This document shows, piece by piece, positions 25,466 through 27,268 of a DNA stretch of 27,268 nt. Origin of the DNA: Bdellovibrionota bacterium (lineage in GTDB: Bacteria; Bdellovibrionota_C; UBA2361; OMII01); assembly GCA_044356215.1 (NCBI GenBank), contig JBIKWQ010000047.1, positions 1-27,268 of the forward strand, written 5' to 3'. Numbering within the stretch: position 1 is the first letter of the stretch; each line of letters starts with the position of its first letter. The notes under the pieces are model-generated. The model ran no database searches. It worked only from the letters and a program-made list of their open reading frames with translations, and was not told the DNA's origin. The position numbers were made by a program, and so were the translations under genes.

Positions 25466-27169
25466 TTAGTTGGTTGCGTCTTCGAAGAAATGCAAGTTTT
25501 TGTTATAATCGTCACTCGGCTTAACCAGATTCTCATAATCAATTTCTTTCAGGTCCGGTATTAGCTCTTCGATGAGAGCTGGGATCTTGGTCATATCTTC
25601 GGAAAGATAAGCTATGCAGGATAAGGCGTCTTCTTTTTTGTTGAAGGGGAGGATCAGGGAGGGCTGCGTCGGCCTAGCGTCTCTATCAACTTTCTGTTTA
25701 TACCCATCATTTTGGCCATCTGCCTCAGCAAAAGTAAAACGCATGGTGACGTAGAATTTCCCGTCTTGGCCTTCTCGAAGGATAGCGAAACTATCGTTCT
25801 GACTAACCTTCGGGGCTTGGGGGGGCGCGCTCCAAGATGGCCATGTCATATCAGCCTGGGCATCCGTTACAGGTGAAGTTTCTAGCAGATTAATAATCTT
25901 GGTCCTAAAGCCATTATGTGCGTGACCTCTGATGGCATCTTTTTGTAAACGAATACTCACTAAAGCCTGTCCACCAGCTTCTTTGACTTTTTGTATTATG
26001 TCAGCGACGGAAGTGATGGAGGTGTGTTTATCTAATGTTGGATATTCGGCGGCTTTGGCTTCGCTGTGCTCGAGCTTGACGTCTTTTATTGAGGTTCCCT
26101 TTTTGTAGATTTGTGTTTGTCCGTCAGATTGTGTGGTTTGCGAGGAGTTACTGCTGGCAGGAATATCGGAAGGTGCTTGAGATCGTGTTTCTACTTGTTG
26201 CGCTGCATTGGCAAGAGCAGCTAAACCATCAACGACTTGAATGTTTCCGGCGCTCTCACTTATGGAGCTGTGCTCAGAAGCTTGAGCGCTGCCTGCCGGG
26301 GCTGCGGGTGCTTCAGAATTTACCTCCCCCTTTGTCGGCCCTTGCAGTTTCGCATCTCCTTCCTCAGCTTCACTAGCTTCTACTTCGGCCGCTACCTTTG
26401 CCTTAACCCCCTCCGCCACATCCTTCAGAAAATTTATAGACTCGCTCTTTTCAGTTTCAGCCTCACTCGGAATCCGCCAAACATTGCCATCATCGTGATT
26501 CTCAGTATCGAGCTTCCCTGTGGTTAAAAACATAACAACGATGTCCTTTAGGTCGTGATTCCAGGCTTCGCCTAGGTTCTTCGCGGCATCATTGCCGACC
26601 GTGTAACTTACGGAACCCTGGTACGGATTTTTAGTCGCAGATAAGGTAAGGATGTTCCCGTTTTTGTGGGTGATGATTATATTTTTCTCATTAAATTCCA
26701 AGGTTGCAGTCTGCTTATACGAATATTTGACAACATGAGCAGGGCTGTCCTCGCCTAGCGTTATGTCTTGCTGACTCGAGTCGAATTCCATCCTGAAAGC
26801 GGAATCGGCGGAAACGCCATCGTGCTCACTGGAACGAGCTAACAGATCTATAAATTTAATTACCTGAGTACTCTCCGCCGGCACACACCGTGCCTTAACC
26901 AACCCAATTAACTCCGCGTTGTTCTCAAAAATAGGATCTCTCAGGTTGATTTTGCCATCGTCAAATACTTTGCTTAATGATTTTAAAAATTCCTCTGGAT
27001 TGTTCTTCGCGAGTTCCGAGAGAACAACGGCCTTTCGCGTTTTATCCCCTTGGCGAGTATGTGAATCATTGACTGTGTCGAACGAGAATGACAGACCTTC
27101 AAGTGACTGATCTTGAGATCTGGTCCCCGCATCTTGTTTACTGGTAGATTCAACTCCGAAACGCAACAC
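25466..27169 (-). CDS. Hypothetical protein with an acidic/Ala/Ser-rich central linker; start uncertain
   Basis: 567-codon ORF with no recognised motif, signal peptide or Shine-Dalgarno at the GTG. Confidence 0.7.
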   Translation of the reverse strand: MLRFGVESTSKQDAGTRSQDQSLEGLSFSFDTVNDSHTRQGDKTRKAVVLSELAKNNPEEFLKSLSKVFDDGKINLRDPIFENNAELIGLVKARCVPAESTQVIKFIDLLARSSEHDGVSADSAFRMEFDSSQQDITLGEDSPAHVVKYSYKQTATLEFNEKNIIITHKNGNILTLSATKNPYQGSVSYTVGNDAAKNLGEAWNHDLKDIVVMFLTTGKLDTENHDDGNVWRIPSEAETEKSESINFLKDVAEGVKAKVAAEVEASEAEEGDAKLQGPTKGEVNSEAPAAPAGSAQASEHSSISESAGNIQVVDGLAALANAAQQVETRSQAPSDIPASSNSSQTTQSDGQTQIYKKGTSIKDVKLEHSEAKAAEYPTLDKHTSITSVADIIQKVKEAGGQALVSIRLQKDAIRGHAHNGFRTKIINLLETSPVTDAQADMTWPSWSAPPQAPKVSQNDSFAILREGQDGKFYVTMRFTFAEADGQNDGYKQKVDRDARPTQPSLILPFNKKEDALSCIAYLSEDMTKIPALIEELIPDLKEIDYENLVKPSDDYNKNLHFFEDATN

Positions 27170-27268
27170 CTAGAATGCGTATCGCATCTAGGTAGTTATG
27201 GAAGATTCAAAAGGACAGTTAGGTGTGGCCGAAAGGCGAGTGATTTGGAAGTATCGGAAGCTTGGATA

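Noticed and set aside
1..27268. tRNA, rRNA, integrase, transposase, reverse transcriptase or prophage genes
   Set aside because: None was recognised. The remaining short ORFs in the track lie within or antisense to well-supported genes.

Overview
Bacterial chromosomal window. Left to right it holds the C-terminus of an FGE-sulfatase/CLec-fold gene running in from the edge (missed by the ORF track), a heptamer tract and two REP/REPIN-like hairpins, an ATP-dependent DNA ligase, an ABC-F ATPase, leuC-leuD-leuB and a hypothetical gene. Next come a ~1,645-aa DUF11/isopeptide-repeat surface protein divergent from a secreted Cys/Pro-rich protein, and an RRM-ribosomal protein S18 fusion gene that sits back-to-back with an unannotated ~190-nt rod-shaped 6S-like RNA. 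These are followed by a HigBA/RelE-type toxin-antitoxin pair, a crotonase-family gene and a UbiD-family decarboxylase. Downstream of ubiD is a ~5.4-kb accessory mosaic of minus-strand genes and gene remnants (aldo/keto reductase, ABC substrate-binding protein, wzx fragment, GNAT remnant, AAA_14/DUF4143 ATPase). It is punctuated by three copies of the ubiD 3' end and a ~190-bp direct repeat, with no integrase or transposase in view. The two strongest leads are the RRM-bS18 / 6S-like RNA divergon and the ubiD-anchored cassette array. All calls come from motif reading by eye; no searches or folding programs were run.
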